In this document: in pieces, positions 1 through 14,418 of the stretch
Position numbering within the stretch: position 1 is the stretch's first letter
Layout of the letters: each line of letters opens with the position of its first letter
DNA from: Lytechinus pictus
Lineage: Eukaryota
Assembly: GCF_037042905.1 (NCBI RefSeq)
Contig: NC_087263.1
Span: forward strand, 8,124,001-8,188,000
Direction of reading: 5' to 3'
Length of the DNA stretch: 64,000 nt
Notes under the pieces: model-generated
Told to the model about the DNA's origin: nothing
Seen by the model: the letters and a program-made list of their open reading frames with translations, nothing else
Database searches by the model: none
Made by a program: the position numbers and the translations under genes

Positions 1-1369
1 AATAATAATAATAAATTACAAGTAAAAATAGGCCTAAATGTAACAAAAAAAAACTTTCAGGGACCAAACTTAATTGTGTCAGTTATCCAATCTCATCCAA
101 CCCCGTAAAGACCGACACTGGACACCCATGTTATTTTACATACACCGCGATGAAAGCGAAAATTGGGGGGGGGGGGGCGTGCCCCCAAATTTTTTGGCTA
201 GGATTTAACATTATCTAGGATATGTTAATGCTTGTATGGTATCTCCGCGAAACCTCTTCGAAATTCAGCAGGGTTTTACGATCGTTATTACATTAAAAAT
301 TAGCAAGCTGATTTAGACTTCGTGGCACATACATGTACGGCATCAAATTTTTTCCTCCCGTTCGTTTTTTTTTTGTAATCCTCGATCGTCAACCTGGACG
401 TGTTCTTATATGCCTAATTCCACTTTTCCTTAATCCCTTCTCTTCCTTTTTTTAAATTCAGCTTTATCGCTATCTCATAGGCGGATCCAGGGGCAAAGTT
501 CCCGGGTCCCCGTAGTGGAGGAGCAAAAAAAAAGGAAAGTAAAAAAAAAAAGGAAAAGGGAAAAGAGAGGAGAAAAGGGGGAAGAAGACAAGTGAATAAA
601 ACAAGGCGAGCTGTCATTATTGTTTGATTTATAAATTGATTTTTATTATGTGCAGCCATAGTCCGTTTTATGGTCCAAGTATCAATGCAGCTCCCGCTAC
701 GCGCTCGCATTATTTGTCAAGTACCCTAGTCTTCGTATATTCAATGAATTCTAAAAAATATTCATATTCAGGTCTGATTGTCAAAACCTATCACATGATT
801 GTCAAAAGACAATTAAAATAAAATCGGTTCGTGATTTGCGCTCGCATTAATTGTTAAAGATTATATCAACCAATGTCTTCTATTCATAAATACAATGCTT
901 ACAATATCCAGTTGTCAGAACTTGATATTAACAAATTTCTCGCTTTCATCGGGCTTATTAGTTATTAGAGTAACAAATAAGATAAGAACATTTTCATGAA
1001 TTGCTAATTACTATATTGTATTTTTTTCAGAATAGAATGTCGACAAGTTTCATCTCGCGCTTTAATAGGTAGATAATTACCATTTTCATTATGATGACAA
1101 CATGTCCTTAGAATATCCCCGTCCTAGGTCAAAATAATTTTACAAAAATATCAGCTCGCGCTCACAGGCTCGAATCATTTTATTAAATGCAATCCACATC
1201 CAATTTTCATTTTTAGTGATTGAAATAGTGCTTATATTAATTGAGATTATAATATAAACAATATTCTGCTCGCACTTCGCGCTCGCATTATAAATGTGAA
1301 AGATGCCTAATTACCCATCTTCACGAATTACAAAACATGAATAGTGTCCAGTCCCGTTTTTAGCTCTAA

Positions 1370-2159
1370 GGCTGCGTTTATGCGACCTCAAGCCAGAATC
1401 ATGAATTGAATCATGATTCGAATCATGATTCAAAACACAAACATGAATCACGATATCACAGAATCAGCGTTTAGACGACCTTCATTCCAATGCTGTTTCT
1501 CCTCAGATTCGGGCCAATCCAGTGCGCATCACTAGTGCGCAATTTGACAGAGGAAGTTTTTCGCACGTGCTTCGGCTCTCGAAAAATCTTTTGCTTCCAG
1601 AATTCAGTCTATACCTAATTTTATTTACTTATATCATATAGGGTCCATGTGCTTCTATTCATCTTGTTAATTTATCAAAAATGGTGTTCGGAAGTGAATT
1701 TCAGCGTAGATCCAATTTAATATTGACACTCTATACTCAACAACAACTGAGATCATTGTCTGTCCAGTTAATTCATTTACTAGAACTTGAAGTTGAAGAC
1801 ATGACCAAAAAATGAAAAGTAGTGGACGATGCGATGACCAACACAGAACTTGGACATGACAAGAAATGCATGCAGAGTAATCATGTACATACAATGAGCT
1901 GAGCTTGGCAAGAGTCAAACCGAAAGTAGCCCGACACAGTGAGGTCATATAATCATGATTCAAATCACGATATCGTTTATTCGAACATTTTCGTACGTGA
2001 TTCTGCAGAAACGTCTTTCCAAACGCCCCTTTTTTCGTGTTTCATGTTTGTGATTCTAATCATGATTATATTCAATTTCGACTAAACGCAATCGTGATTC
2101 TGCAGAATCATGATTCAGATCATGATTCTAGGGTGAAAAAGTGGCGGATAAACGCACCC
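1370..2159. mobile_element. PIF/Harbinger-type MITE
   Basis: TIR GGCTGCGTTTAT / ATAAACGCACCC, TAA target duplication, internal AATCATGATT palindromes. The empty site is visible in the paralogous host near 23355. Confidence 0.85.
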
Positions 2160-2378
2160 TAAATCTCAAAATTTTCCCCATCTCGCTTCGCGCTCGTATT
2201 TTTTTAGTGTTTAGTAGTTCAGGATTACAAAAATTGCTTAGAATATCCATTTTCTTGGTTGGAATTTCAAAAGCTCAGCTCGCACTTCGTGCTCACATTA
2301 TTCGATTGTTGAAATAGGCCAACAAGAATGTATCGTCTTCATGGAAACTACAAGCAGGTCCCTTGTTTATCAGGCCAG

Positions 2379-2525
2379 GGGCCCGTTGCAGAAAGAGTTG
2401 CAATCAATCGCAACTCTAAAAATCATGCGCAAGTCCCAAATGCTCGTTGTTGATTGGTCGAAAATCAAATTGCGCGTGATTTTTTTTGAGTTGCGATTGA
2501 TTGCAACTCTTTCTGCAACGGGCCC
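2379..2525. mobile_element. Short foldback MITE (Harbinger-like, CAG TSD)
   Basis: Near-perfect inverted arms GGGCCCGTTGCAGAAAGAGTTGC...GCAACTCTTTCTGCAACGGGCCC, flanked by CAG on both sides. Confidence 0.85.
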
Positions 2526-4108
2526 CAGAACAGTGGCTTACCTAGGATTTTCCCAGGGGGGGGGGGCAAATTCGTCCGCCCAAAAATTTGACGAGCAAAA
2601 AAAAGGACTTCAAACACAAATTAAGGAATTTGTACCAGAAAAAAAAATTGACAAGCATAAAAGAAAGAAGAAAAAAAAGGTCTTCAAGCTCACAGGAACA
2701 GGCCACTTGCGGGGGGGGGGGGGGATACGTTCCTTGCATGGGTTGTGACTCGTCAGGGGGGGGGGGGCAGTCTGCCCCCCTCTTGGCCTCTGCCCCGGCC
2801 CCCCGTAGGTATACGCTAATGGGCCAAACATATATTAAAAAAATTCTACTCGTGCTTCGCATTTGCAGTAGCAATTAGATATACGAATCTTGCCCATGAT
2901 CAAAACATTACTCTTTTTCTTTATCTTTCCCTCTCTTTCTTTTCTCCCTTTTCCCCCATTTCCAAATTTCCCTTCCCCAATGCATGCGCTGAAATATGAC
3001 GTGAAAGACATGAACACAATCGTTGTACACGCAAAAAATGTGTATGATGGGAATGTCAGGAGGCCGCGCCGAGCTGAGCGAGCGTGGCCACTGTCCATCG
3101 CATCGCGCAGTGCATGCAGCATGCTGTAGTTGTATACCGTAATTTCAATCAATCCTCTCCATAGTTCAGCCAATGAACTAATCTTGTCGCACGTGAAAAT
3201 TTGTAGCCAAAATTTTGACAGAAACATCTCCAGTACGTTTTCGTGAACCTAAAAAAAAACTAGAGTAACATGTGAACTACAAGTTAGAGGGACAGCATAA
3301 GGGTAAGTCAGTCCCCATGTGTTTTTTTTAATTCTCTAACCAATCTAACGCAACGTTATGGTCGCCTGCGCTCCTCGCAGAACTCGCCGCCGGGGGAGAA
3401 ACTCGACGGAAGTCATGCTATAACAATAACCGACGAGCATATACGGAATTAGCAGACTACGCTCGCAGGGATATTTCAGTTTGCTAAAAGTGGAACGGAA
3501 TAGCGATCGACGAACAGGGGGGAAAAAATCAGTCGTGGACGAAAGTGGGCGCTATATCGGTGCGCATAAATTCAGCTAATTGTCAGTGAATTCAGCCGAG
3601 GAAATTGATTTTATTTCTCAGAGTTTATTTAAAATTTTGATATTTCCAAGCTGAAATTTTGTCACTTTCACATTGCTTTATTATCAGCAATTGTTATTCA
3701 ACAAAAAAAATTCATTCAACTGGAATTTTTGTATCCTTTACCAACACTATCCACGAGCTTTAATAAGTTAGTCTTCTTTTAAATAATGCCATATATTTTA
3801 ACAGGAATCAACAAGCAAAAGACAAAGATCGGCATCTTTCCATCGATGTGACATATCCGTTGCGCGCACTAGCGCTATAAGCGCGTAAATGCGCGAATTG
3901 TCTAAAACTTCCGATCAAATCGCGCGGATATTTATGGTATCCGCAATCACCGCAGAAAGCAACATTTTGCATGCAATCAAATGGGGATCTCGGCCAAATT
4001 TTGCCATGCCCGTCGTTAAGGGGTGGGTCAGGGGGCAACGGGCAGAAATCTTGTTAACTATGCCCGTTGCCCTTGGTTACCACCTTAATTTGTTGTTTTG
4101 AAGGCATG

Positions 4109-4937
4109 GGGTGGTATTCTGAGATCCATTTTATCTCAGATAAAATAAAATATTTTATCTCCGTTAAAATCAGTGAGATAAAATACCCTTAAAATCTCTC
4201 CGAATTGGTATTTTGAGAACAATTTTATCTCCATTTTATCTCTGTAAGACACACCTATTTTTTAATCAATATCCAATTAGAAACGCGCTTTTATAGCTCT
4301 CTCGTATCACTCAACCAATGGAAATCCATTCCGCTAGGAGGTGTGGCGAAGGAGTGAGATTGCGTCAATTTATTGACTTCAATACGCTTGCACTATACGC
4401 CTGCGCGTCTTTACAGAGATTTCTTTTTAACAAAAATGGCAATACTCTCATCTTTTTTTCGAAGTCTATATCGCATCTTTTCAAGCATCATTTCAAAGAC
4501 AATATTAGTCAAGAAAAGTCTTATGAAATACTTCCTGATTGTACAGGAATAACTTTAAGGTGCTGTTCTCAATGAATATATCATTTTTCTTAATTTTCAT
4601 GCCAACATTTGGAGTTAATTCACCTAGAAATATTGACGAAATCAACGTCGTGGAGATAAAATAGCCCTTACCCTCTTTTAAGTTGATTTTATTTTTTTCT
4701 TCAAAGTAACTTGGGCGCAAGCACATCACCCGCGTTGCAATGGCCAGATACGCGATGGGTATGTCTACGCAGCCACTGCTCTGTTGCGTATCATCATAGA
4801 TACGCAAGATAAAATTTATACTCAAGATAAAATTTTAAATTTTATCTGAGAGATAAAATGTCATCTCAGAATACCAATTTCATTTTAAGAGATAAAATAA
4901 AATATTTTAAAGATAAAATGACCTCAGAATACCGCCC
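4109..4937. mobile_element. MITE with GGGYGGTATTCTGAG TIRs and 3-bp TSD (ATG)
   Basis: TIRs at both ends and GATAAAA/TTTTATC subterminal repeats. Confidence 0.8.
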
Positions 4938-5009
4938 ATGGTCGTTTACATGACCTCAGTTTTGACCAATCAGAGGAACGGATTATTCGACATTCTTAAA
5001 GAGAGGTTT

Positions 5010-5690
5010 ATAAAATAAAATATTTTATCTCCGTTTAAATCAATATCCAATTAGAAACGCGCTTTTATAGCTCTCTCATGTCACTCAACCAATGCAAATC
5101 CATTCCGCCAGGAGGTGTGGCAAAGGGGTGAGATTGCGTCAATTTATTGACTTCAAATACGCTTGCACTATACGCTTGCGCGTCTGTACAGAGATTTCTT
5201 TTAAACAAAATGACAATACTCTCAACTTTTTCGAAGTCTATATCGCATCTTTTCAAGCTTCATTTCAAAGACAATATTAGTCAAGAAAAGTCTTTTGGAA
5301 TATGTCCTGATTGTACAGGAATAACGTTAAGGTGTTGTTCTCAATAAACATATCATTTTTCTTCCTTTTCATGTCAACATTTGGAGTTAATTCACCTAGA
5401 AATATTGACAAAATCAACGTCGCGGAGATCAAATAGCCCCTACCCTCTTTTAAGTTTATTTTATTTTTTCTTCAAAGTAACTTGGGCGCAAGCATATCAC
5501 CCGCGTTGCAATGGCCATATACGCGATGTGTATGTCTACGCAGCCACTGCTCTGTTGCGTATCATCATAGATACGCAAGATACATTTTTAAATTTTATCT
5601 GAGAGATAAAATGTCATCTCAGAATACCAATATCATTTTAAGAGATAAAATAAAATATTTTAAAGATAAAATGACCTCAGAATACCGCCC
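5010..5690. mobile_element. Second, left-end-lacking copy of the 4109-4937 family
   Basis: About 5035-5690 aligns with about 4262-4937 and ends in the same TIR. Confidence 0.8.
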
Positions 5691-6112
5691 CTGATCAATA
5701 TACATGTAGAATATATGCAAGGGCGTAGGCAGGTTTGAGCATGAGGAGATGGAACTAAAGTGGCATGGTGGGTGTACTGACATCTTGGGGAGGTGGAACT
5801 ACAAAGTTTGGAAAATCAGCTGTTGAACGCAGAATAAGGGGTACAAATTTTGTTTTGCTTGCCACTGTCGGAACTCCTCTTCCTCAGCGGGAGGGTGCAC
5901 GTGCACTCATTTTACCCCAGCCTACACCCTTTCTCTGCTATTTTTATCCTGTTTGTATAAAACACCTTCTCAAGCATGGAATGTGCTGAAAATTTCAGGA
6001 TCTTATCTGTCAATAGTAAATAATATCAGTATTAGTATACTGCTACTTATATACTTAGTATACAATGATAGTATCAGTATCAGTATGATAGTATCAGTAT
6101 ATCAGTATCAGT

Positions 6113-7665
6113 AAATAATAGCAATGCGACTACTCTTTCAATTACTTGCGGTGTCCCCCAGGGTAGCCTACTAGGCCCACTTCTTTTTATTAATTACATC
6201 AATGATATTAAATATACATAAAATTTACTTTCATTTATACTTTTTGCTGACGACTCCAATATTTTATTTTCCCATGATGATATTAACCAATTCGTTAGAA
6301 TCGGAAACTTTGAACTAACAAATGTTACAGATTGGATCAAGGCCAACAAACGTTTGCTTAATCACCAGAAGACAAACTACATGCTTTTCAGTAATAAAAT
6401 CAATACTCTACCTGACAGTATTTTCTTTGATAATTTCGTTCTTAATAATGTTTCCACTACGAGATTCTTGGGTGTCCTTATTGACGACAAATTATCCTGG
6501 AAGCCTCATATCCATAGTATATCTAAAACAATTTCTAGAAACATTGGAATTATTAATAAACTCAAACATTTTCTCCCTTCCCGCACTTTGTTAACATTAT
6601 ATTACACCCTTATTCTATCATATATCAATTATGGAATTATTGCCTCGGGATGTGCAATACAAACACAACTAAACAGAATATTACTTCTCCAGAAAAAATG
6701 CTCTAAGAATAATTTTTCAAACACACTTTAGATCACATACTGATATCTTATTTTTGAAAATAACATTCTTGAAATAAGTGACATATATATTTTCGAACTT
6801 AGTCAATTTATGTTCAAATTAAGCAAGGACGATCTCCTCGCCATTTTCTCTAATATGTTCCGTAAAAATGCATCCGTACACTGCTACCCAACAAGGCAAC
6901 GACAATATTATCATCTTCCTTTAACAAGAACTTTATTTGCAAAAAACTCATTTGTCTTATCCGGGCCTGCCTACTGGAACTCTCTGCCTCAAGATTTCAA
7001 AGAATCCCCTAATGTAAATATTTTTAAACGCAAACTGAAAAATGTTAATTCTGCAATACTCGTTAAAAACAGGTCAAGCTGAATAACTAATTAAATTATA
7101 CTCGACTTTTGTGTATATGCGTATTATATGCGCTCATATTATTTACATAGTCATGTATATTATTTGTTTTATTATTTTTTCTTCTTAAAATTACAATTAG
7201 CCAAAGTACCTGTTCCTGCTGCCCGCCTTCTTTCTTCTTTCCTTCTATTTAGTGTACTGCACTGTTCTTTCCCTCCTGTCTTCTCCCCTCACCTCTCCCC
7301 TCTCTTATAATATTTTCTCACATTATCCATCAGTTACGTTTATGTCAAGTGCACACAAATTGCTTGTATTTATTTTTAAACAAAATTATTAGTACGACCC
7401 AATATTTATTTGTCGTAATTTTGTAATGTAACTAAAATAGGGGCTTGCCTCTTGTACAAGCTTTGCTTTTTTCGGCAAGTCCCTCCGTTTTACTTTTAAT
7501 TACAAATGTCATTTGAGATAACTTTATTTACTGAATTGTGTTCCTTAAATCTATGATTATGTTATATATATATATTATATTTCGTCTTGTAGTATTTTTG
7601 ACCTTGTTATGTTATGTTTATCATATTATGTACAATTGCGAAACGGAAATAAATAAATTAAATAG
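6113..7665 (+). mobile_element. 5'-truncated, degenerate CR1/L2-group LINE (RT C-terminal half and 3' UTR)
   Basis: CGVPQGSLLGPLLF..YIND, LFADDSN and FLGVLIDDKLSWKPHI, with frameshifts and stops; AATAAA-rich tail. Confidence 0.9.
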
Positions 7666-7838
7666 TTTTATAGTATTGTATTAGTAAAGTAAGCGTTCAA
7701 ATGACCATTTCAACTAAAAATATAATATATGATAAGATGATAACGCCTTGAAGGATGATTTCATTTACAAAGATATAATTTACACCAATATGTATTTTTC
7801 TCTTGTTAATTATACTATATATTTTTTTTTCTTCTCAG

Positions 7839-7954
7839 ACATTTCTAGAATCGTTTGTTACACCCGCTCTTTCATCTTCCTATTGTTATTGGTTTGGTTT
7901 AAATCGAAGCTCAGATAGTGAGCCATTTAGCTGGAATGATGGTATTAACTTGAG
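7839..7954 (+). CDS. Exon: C-type lectin domain 1, middle part
   Basis: ttctcag|...|gttggt. TFLESFVTPALSSSYCYWFGLNRSSDSEPFSWNDGINL has the WxGL and FxWxDG motifs. Phases 0/2. Confidence 0.85.
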
Positions 7955-10900
7955 GTTGGTGTATTTCTTTTATTTTCCTACATGATTACAAAATCTTGAC
8001 GTATTATTGGGAGGGGGGTGGCATCACGTTGAATGCTGTGATAGGTAATTTCGCAAAATAATCACCAAAAAATGTGCCGTTCATTATTTAGATAAAATTG
8101 TTCCTTGTAATCTAGGATGAAAGTGTGGCATGCCATTGCGCATTGTTGGCATTAAAGAAACTTATGAAACTGTATACTGTATGGATGAGAGCACAGTTAG
8201 TCTCAAAATGGAATTCTTTATACTTTCAAAGCACTGTAATGGCTTGAGATAATGCATATTTTTCCTCTTTAAATAATTACGGAGGCAAAATTTCCCGGGG
8301 GAGGGGGGCCAGTCAGATATATTGCTGTACACACGCGTGGCCAAAAACAAAACGCGTTTAAAGCGGCGTTTTTTTCAGTTTTGGACGCGGTCCGCGCGTG
8401 GTCTCGTTAAAAAACAAGTCCACCCCAACACAAAATTGAAAATTTCATCGAAATCGGATGTAAAATAAGAAAGTTATGGCATTTTAAAGTTTCGCTTAAT
8501 TTCACAAAACAGTTATATGCACATCCTGGCTGATATGCAAATGAGGAGACTATGACGTCATCCACTCACTATTTCTTTTGTATTTTATTACATGAAATAC
8601 GAAATATTCTAATTTTCTCCACATTGTCAAGTGAGACAACAATTAATTGCTCGCTGAACATGTGGAATTAGCATTGTTTAATACTACAGTATATGGTATA
8701 GTCAAGTTGGTCCTTATTGTCAAATCTATAAAAAAAAATATTGTTTAATTCAAACAATAAAAAAAAAGTGAGTGATGAACATCATCGCCTGACTCACCCA
8801 GTTGTCCATATCACTGTTTTGTGAAAAATAAGCGAAACTTTAAAATGTCATAACTTTCTTGTTTTACATCCGATTTTGATGAAATTTTCAGCACTATGCT
8901 ATTTTGATTTTTCTCTATTTATTCAAGTCATCATTTTCCTGGGGTGGACTTGACCTTTAAGGGTATCAAAAACACCGATTTTTCAAGAAAAAGGGTGGTT
9001 TTGAAAGACTGGTCAATGGTCAATCGCGGGGTCAGACGTATTTAGGGTATGTTTTACCCCCAAAGCTTTTTTTTAAGACTAGCCAAACGTGTACAGTCAG
9101 ACCGCAGGTCCCTATGCTAATGAGCAAAAAGGCCAGATTCATCCAAATCATCTCGTGGCTGAATCCTCCTCCTGGCAAAATCTCGTGATTCGTGAGATTT
9201 TCTTTCTCTAAGAATTTACCTGTTTTAACCTCAAGTTAAATGAAATATTATTACACCATCAAATAGAGTAAAAGTTACTCTTTCATATTGGTCACTTATT
9301 TTGTATACAATATTTTGTTGAATAAATAAATTTCTGGCCTGAAAATGTGCCTTAAAACTGAATTTTCTTCCTCTGTTTTCTTTTGCAAATTGTGCAAAAC
9401 TTTTTATTTTGAGCCTCAATGATATCTATATCACCATAAAGCTGAACTTCTGTACTTTCTCACAATGCCACTCTTGATATGCGGCACCTTTTAATCGGGT
9501 CAAGATCACACTTTTCCCACCAAGGTACAAGACGAGATTTCTGAAATTTTGTACTTGCAAGAAATCCAGAGTTCTGATTGGCTGGATAAGGTTCACAGAA
9601 CAACAGGCGCGGGGTATTCGAAGAGATTACCACATGGGAAGTGTGACCTTCCCAGGAACCCAGGAACTGGAACCTTTGGAATTTGCCATTGTGTGGTCTT
9701 TTTGACCAATCAGAGAGCAGTATTCTTGTTTTCAAGCTGCTTTATGTACTTGGCAAATGAAAAGTGTGATCTTGACCCGATTAAACCAATTCTTATTTTG
9801 AAACCTATATCATTTCAAAGCATACATATTCAGCTTTATCATGCTATAAAAATCATTTGGGGTCAAACTAAAATAAAGTGTGAAAATAGCAGCTTTTGTC
9901 AGGTGAAAATATTTATTTTGTAGCATATTTTAGATCAAAATTTTAATCTATATTACAAAATCTTTGAATAAATCCAAAAACATGACCAAGAATGATTTTT
10001 CTTCTTTACAATGGTACCAAATTCATGAAATTCGATGCACAAATAGAGCAGCAATGACCGAATGAAAAGAGGTGTTTTGGTCCGCATCAAGCTCATTAAA
10101 TATGCAAAACATCTCAAGTCATGAATATCACTTGGATGAAAGAAGCCACTTTCTTGTGACCTGCAGTCTGACTGTGTTTAGGGTATTTTGTTTCCAAGCC
10201 TTTTCCCCGAGGTCATATTTTGGCGACAACTTGTTTAGGGGCCAAAATGTGTAGATAAAGCCCGCGAAAACTTGCTTAGGGGATTATTTTGCACACAGAG
10301 AAAAACTCGTTTAGGGGTGTTTGGAAATTACTTGGTCACGCGTGTGTACAGCAATATATTTGACTGCCCCCCAAAACAATTTACCACACCTTAGTACATT
10401 CGTGAGGCGTACGTATATTCTTTGGCTCTAGCATGTTAGGACGAAACAGGCAAGGGGTATGTTTTGGGGGGATTCCCATACATGTATGTTATAATGGATC
10501 GGAAATTGGTTGGTCCTAATTTCTTTGAGTTTAGAAGTTTGAGTTTGAGTTTAGCTTGCACCCCAAGCCCGCAATTTATTGGTGCCCTCTGCATTATGCA
10601 AGTTGGTGCTGTAGCAAAGCGGATTCCCCTCGCCTCTCGAACAAGGATACATCGTGCGGTGCATTTTACATTGTTACTTTAAAAAAATACTAAAAACACA
10701 CTAAGATGCACTCTTCCACTTTCCCTTAGCCAGACAACCATCATCAAGATTTGTCCAAAATTAATTCCGTTCTTTCATACCTTTAATTTTAGTGATCCTC
10801 ACTGGGCTCCTGACGAGCCATCAAGCTCTATAGGACAGTCCTGTGGATGTTTATGGTCTGATGGAAACAATGACAATCACGGTCGATGGGACAGTCGGAC

Positions 10901-13900
10901 TTGTGAAGACGCACTGCCTTACATCTGTGAAAGACCACAAAGTACATTACGATTTTTTTTTGTCTTCGAGTACTGTGCAATATGTTTACAATTAATACAC
11001 ACCATAATAATGCATAATTAGGAATTACACGCACGAGATAGCTGTAGAATAGTTCTAAGGATAACAAGTGTCTGTTATTATTCTAATGGCAGAGAAAACG
11101 ATATGTATCCTCGTCTCAAAACCACGCCCGGGTAACAAAAAATGTAATTATAATTTTTTTAAAGAATAATATAGGATTTATATAGCGCACGTATCCCCAT
11201 TTTTAGTTAGGTGCTCAGTGCGCTATTATAATATCCCGACTAAGCTAGTCTACCTATTTTGGTGCTCACAGCTGTTTGAGGAATTACTCCCTGTCTGTCG
11301 GTACCTATTTACATCACCCGAGTTGAGTGCAAAACAATGTGTGCAAATTTATTGCTGAAGAAAAAAAGGCCATGGCTGGGAATCAAACCCACGTCCCCCG
11401 GATTAAAAGACGAGAGGGTTAACAACTAGACCACGACGCCCCCGGTAGAAGTCATTCGGTAGGCTAACATAAGAGACTGGTAACGTGATATATTTAAGAA
11501 AATCATTTGATTAGGTACATATTACCATTATATATAACAATGTCAAACTCAATTATTAAATTGCAGATAAAATCAATGATAAAATTGATGTTTAGATTGA
11601 TATATGATTTAAAGTAGTTTCATATTAAAGCAGAAACACAGTCACAAAGTCTGAAAATGCAAATCTCTCACGAGATATAATTCTCCTCTTACGCAGTCCC
11701 ACTTAATGGAAAATGGATAGAAATTGCAGCAGTTAACGATGTACAGTATTACTTCTCAACATTTTCGGCGAATTATTTCAATGCAAACGAGTATTGTCGG
11801 CAAATAGGTGGACATCTGGCGCAATTGAAAACATCAACGATTTATGTAAGTTGTTTCACATTAGTTAAATTAAAATTATGGTGTGAATCCAATATCTTGC
11901 AAGACATTACGTGGTAGCTTTTATTTGTCACTTGTTCTTCCTTCAAAGGCACTATTGTATGCGTGCGCTTTGGGCATAATGGGAAAAACGTAGTTTGAAT
12001 AATAGTGACAATGATAATAATAACAATGATGTTGATGATGGTCGTGATTACGATGATGATGATGACGATGAAAGTATCAATACAAATGGTTTTATCCACG
12101 TGATTATCGTTTAATGTCAGAAACTGGACAAAAATATAAAGCGTTTATGACCTAAAGTTGGCGACAGTCGTAATTATATAGGTTATACAGGTTCAGTAGT
12201 AGTAAGGATGTACTCTACATTATTGTACGGGAGGGGGGAGGGGGTGTGGCTGTTTGCCAAGGAAGACATCACATTACGTGGATTATTTTATTTTTATTTT
12301 CTTTATATATGATTTCTGCAATATTTGACACATTTTACCGTTTCTCCTTAAGGATTTATATACGACCTATGGGGTTCCTGAACCCCATAGGTTGTATAAA
12401 GAACCTTGAAGAGTTCCTTGTAGAACTGAAAATTATTCTAAAGGAGTGATTGTTTAGAACCCTTTTCTGATTATTTTCGAAGAACCATTGATAAGAGTTT
12501 TTATACAGTACGTATACAAAAAACGGGACAGTTTTGAAAAGTTTATCAAAATTCTGTTTCAAATGATGATGTCTATATTTTGATGTTTATAAATGCTCTG
12601 AAGTCTTATATTTCAAATGCAATTTTAAAAATAATCAGTTTTGTTCATGCTTGAGCGCACAGGGAACTTTTTTTGTCAGTGGTTCAATAAAGGGCTTGTG
12701 CCAAATGGCAGAAAATGAGAAAATATTGACGATGAGACATTTGGCTAATCAGCAGCCTACCTCTCAAGCTTTTCCTTATCTTTGCCAAAACTTAGAATTA
12801 TGCTTTCAAAATCCATATTTACAAAGTATTAATTGGTTTGAAGTGTTTTGTATTTTCATTTAACTATTTTACATTTTAACATAACAAGAAAAAACTTGTC
12901 AACCCAAGCAAGGATATATGCATTATATTTGTATATTTGTAATTCATTCAAATTTATTCAAATCCTTTTATGACGTAAAACAAAGGTTGTGGTGCCTTTG
13001 AAAGATATGAAGCATATTGCCAAGGGTACATTGAATCTTTCAACATGTTAGGTTGTTCTCGACAGGGTGCTGGGAACAGTTTATAACAGGAGATGCTTGT
13101 TTTAATTTGATACACAAAAAAGGTTTTCACCAAGAAATTAAGTTCCTTTTAATTAAGAGAAATTTGACAAGTAAGAAAACAAGTTTTCGCTACAAAAATT
13201 AAGGTATTTTTTTTTGCAATATTTACTTTTAGAAATACGAAACAGCTTTTCAAGGATGCCACCTATGATGAATAAAACGCGCATCAAAAATCGTTAAATG
13301 AAAATACAGGGCAATTCAAGTAATTTAATACTTTGTAAATGGATTTTAATACCATAATTCGTAAAGTATGGTAAAGATAATTAAAGGCTCAGGAGGAAAT
13401 CTGCTGATTAGTGAAATGTCTCATTAGATCGTCAGTACTTTCTCATTTTTTGCCATTTTGGTACCCCTGACAAAAAAAAAATCCGTGTGCGCTCAAGCAT
13501 GAACAAAACTTATTTGATTTGGGGGTTTGATGACAGTCAAAAGATAAGACTTTAGAGCATGTATTGACATCAAAATATACATAATTTGAAACAAAATCTT
13601 CATAGACTTTTCAAAACTGTCCCGCTTTTTTATACTCACTGTATACGGAACTGCTATCCTTCCAAATGAAGATAATTTTACTTGTTTTTTTATGTTTAAC
13701 ATGATAATATAGTCAGCAGTGAGAGATCACTTTTTAAGAATGGGAGTCAACAGTTTTGTCTTCGGGCTTGATGATCTAATGAAGGAAGGTGAATTCCGAT
13801 GGGCTGATGGCACGTTATTGAGCGAAACGGGGTAAGATTATCATATCATTTTTCTTCCTTTAATCTTCGAGAACTTATCAATTACATCTACTACATTATT

Positions 13901-14223
13901 AACAATAATAATAGTTGTAGTGGTGGTAGTAGAAGAAGAAGGGGAAAAAGAACAAGTAGTAGTAGTAGTAGTAGTAGTAGTGGAAGTTCAATACTTAGTA
14001 ATAATTTCAAAAGTAAAAGTAGTAGTAGCAGTTGCGGTAGTTGTAGTAGAAGTAGTAGTAGTAGTACTTGTAGTAGTACCAGTAGTAGTAGTAATAGTAG
14101 TAATAGTTTTAGTAGTAGTATTAGCTATAGTAGTAGTAATATTAGTAGTAGAAGTAGTAGTGGCAGTAGTAGTAGAAGAAGTAGTAGGAGTAGTAGGAGT
14201 AGTAGTAAGTAGTAGTAGTAGTA

Positions 14224-14298
<75 letters not shown>

Positions 14299-14299
14299 A

Positions 14300-14337
<38 letters not shown>

Positions 14338-14350
14338 AGTAGTAGTAGTA

Positions 14351-14418
<68 letters not shown>

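Larger units (their letters stand above)
476..2898. mobile_element. Non-autonomous DNA transposon with CATAGGCGGATCC end and internal CGCGCTTCGCGCTCGC repeats, interrupted by younger MITEs
   Basis: Colinear with the copy at 22137-23920. The right end is approximate. Confidence 0.65.
8294..10372. mobile_element. TIR element hosting two nested insertions
   Basis: CAGTCAGATATATTGCTGTACACACGCGTG is inverted at about 10336-10366. Confidence 0.8.

Noticed and set aside
2341..2878. Overlapping 70-135 aa ORFs
   Set aside because: They span MITEs and poly-G/poly-A tracts and show no coding signature.
4318..5694. Pairs of similar short ORFs
   Set aside because: They come from duplicated MITE sequence, and frames are not conserved between the copies.
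1..7838. First exon, signal peptide or N-terminal CTLD1 exon
   Set aside because: No convincing exon was found. The region is mostly repeats, so the gene start is probably upstream of the window.
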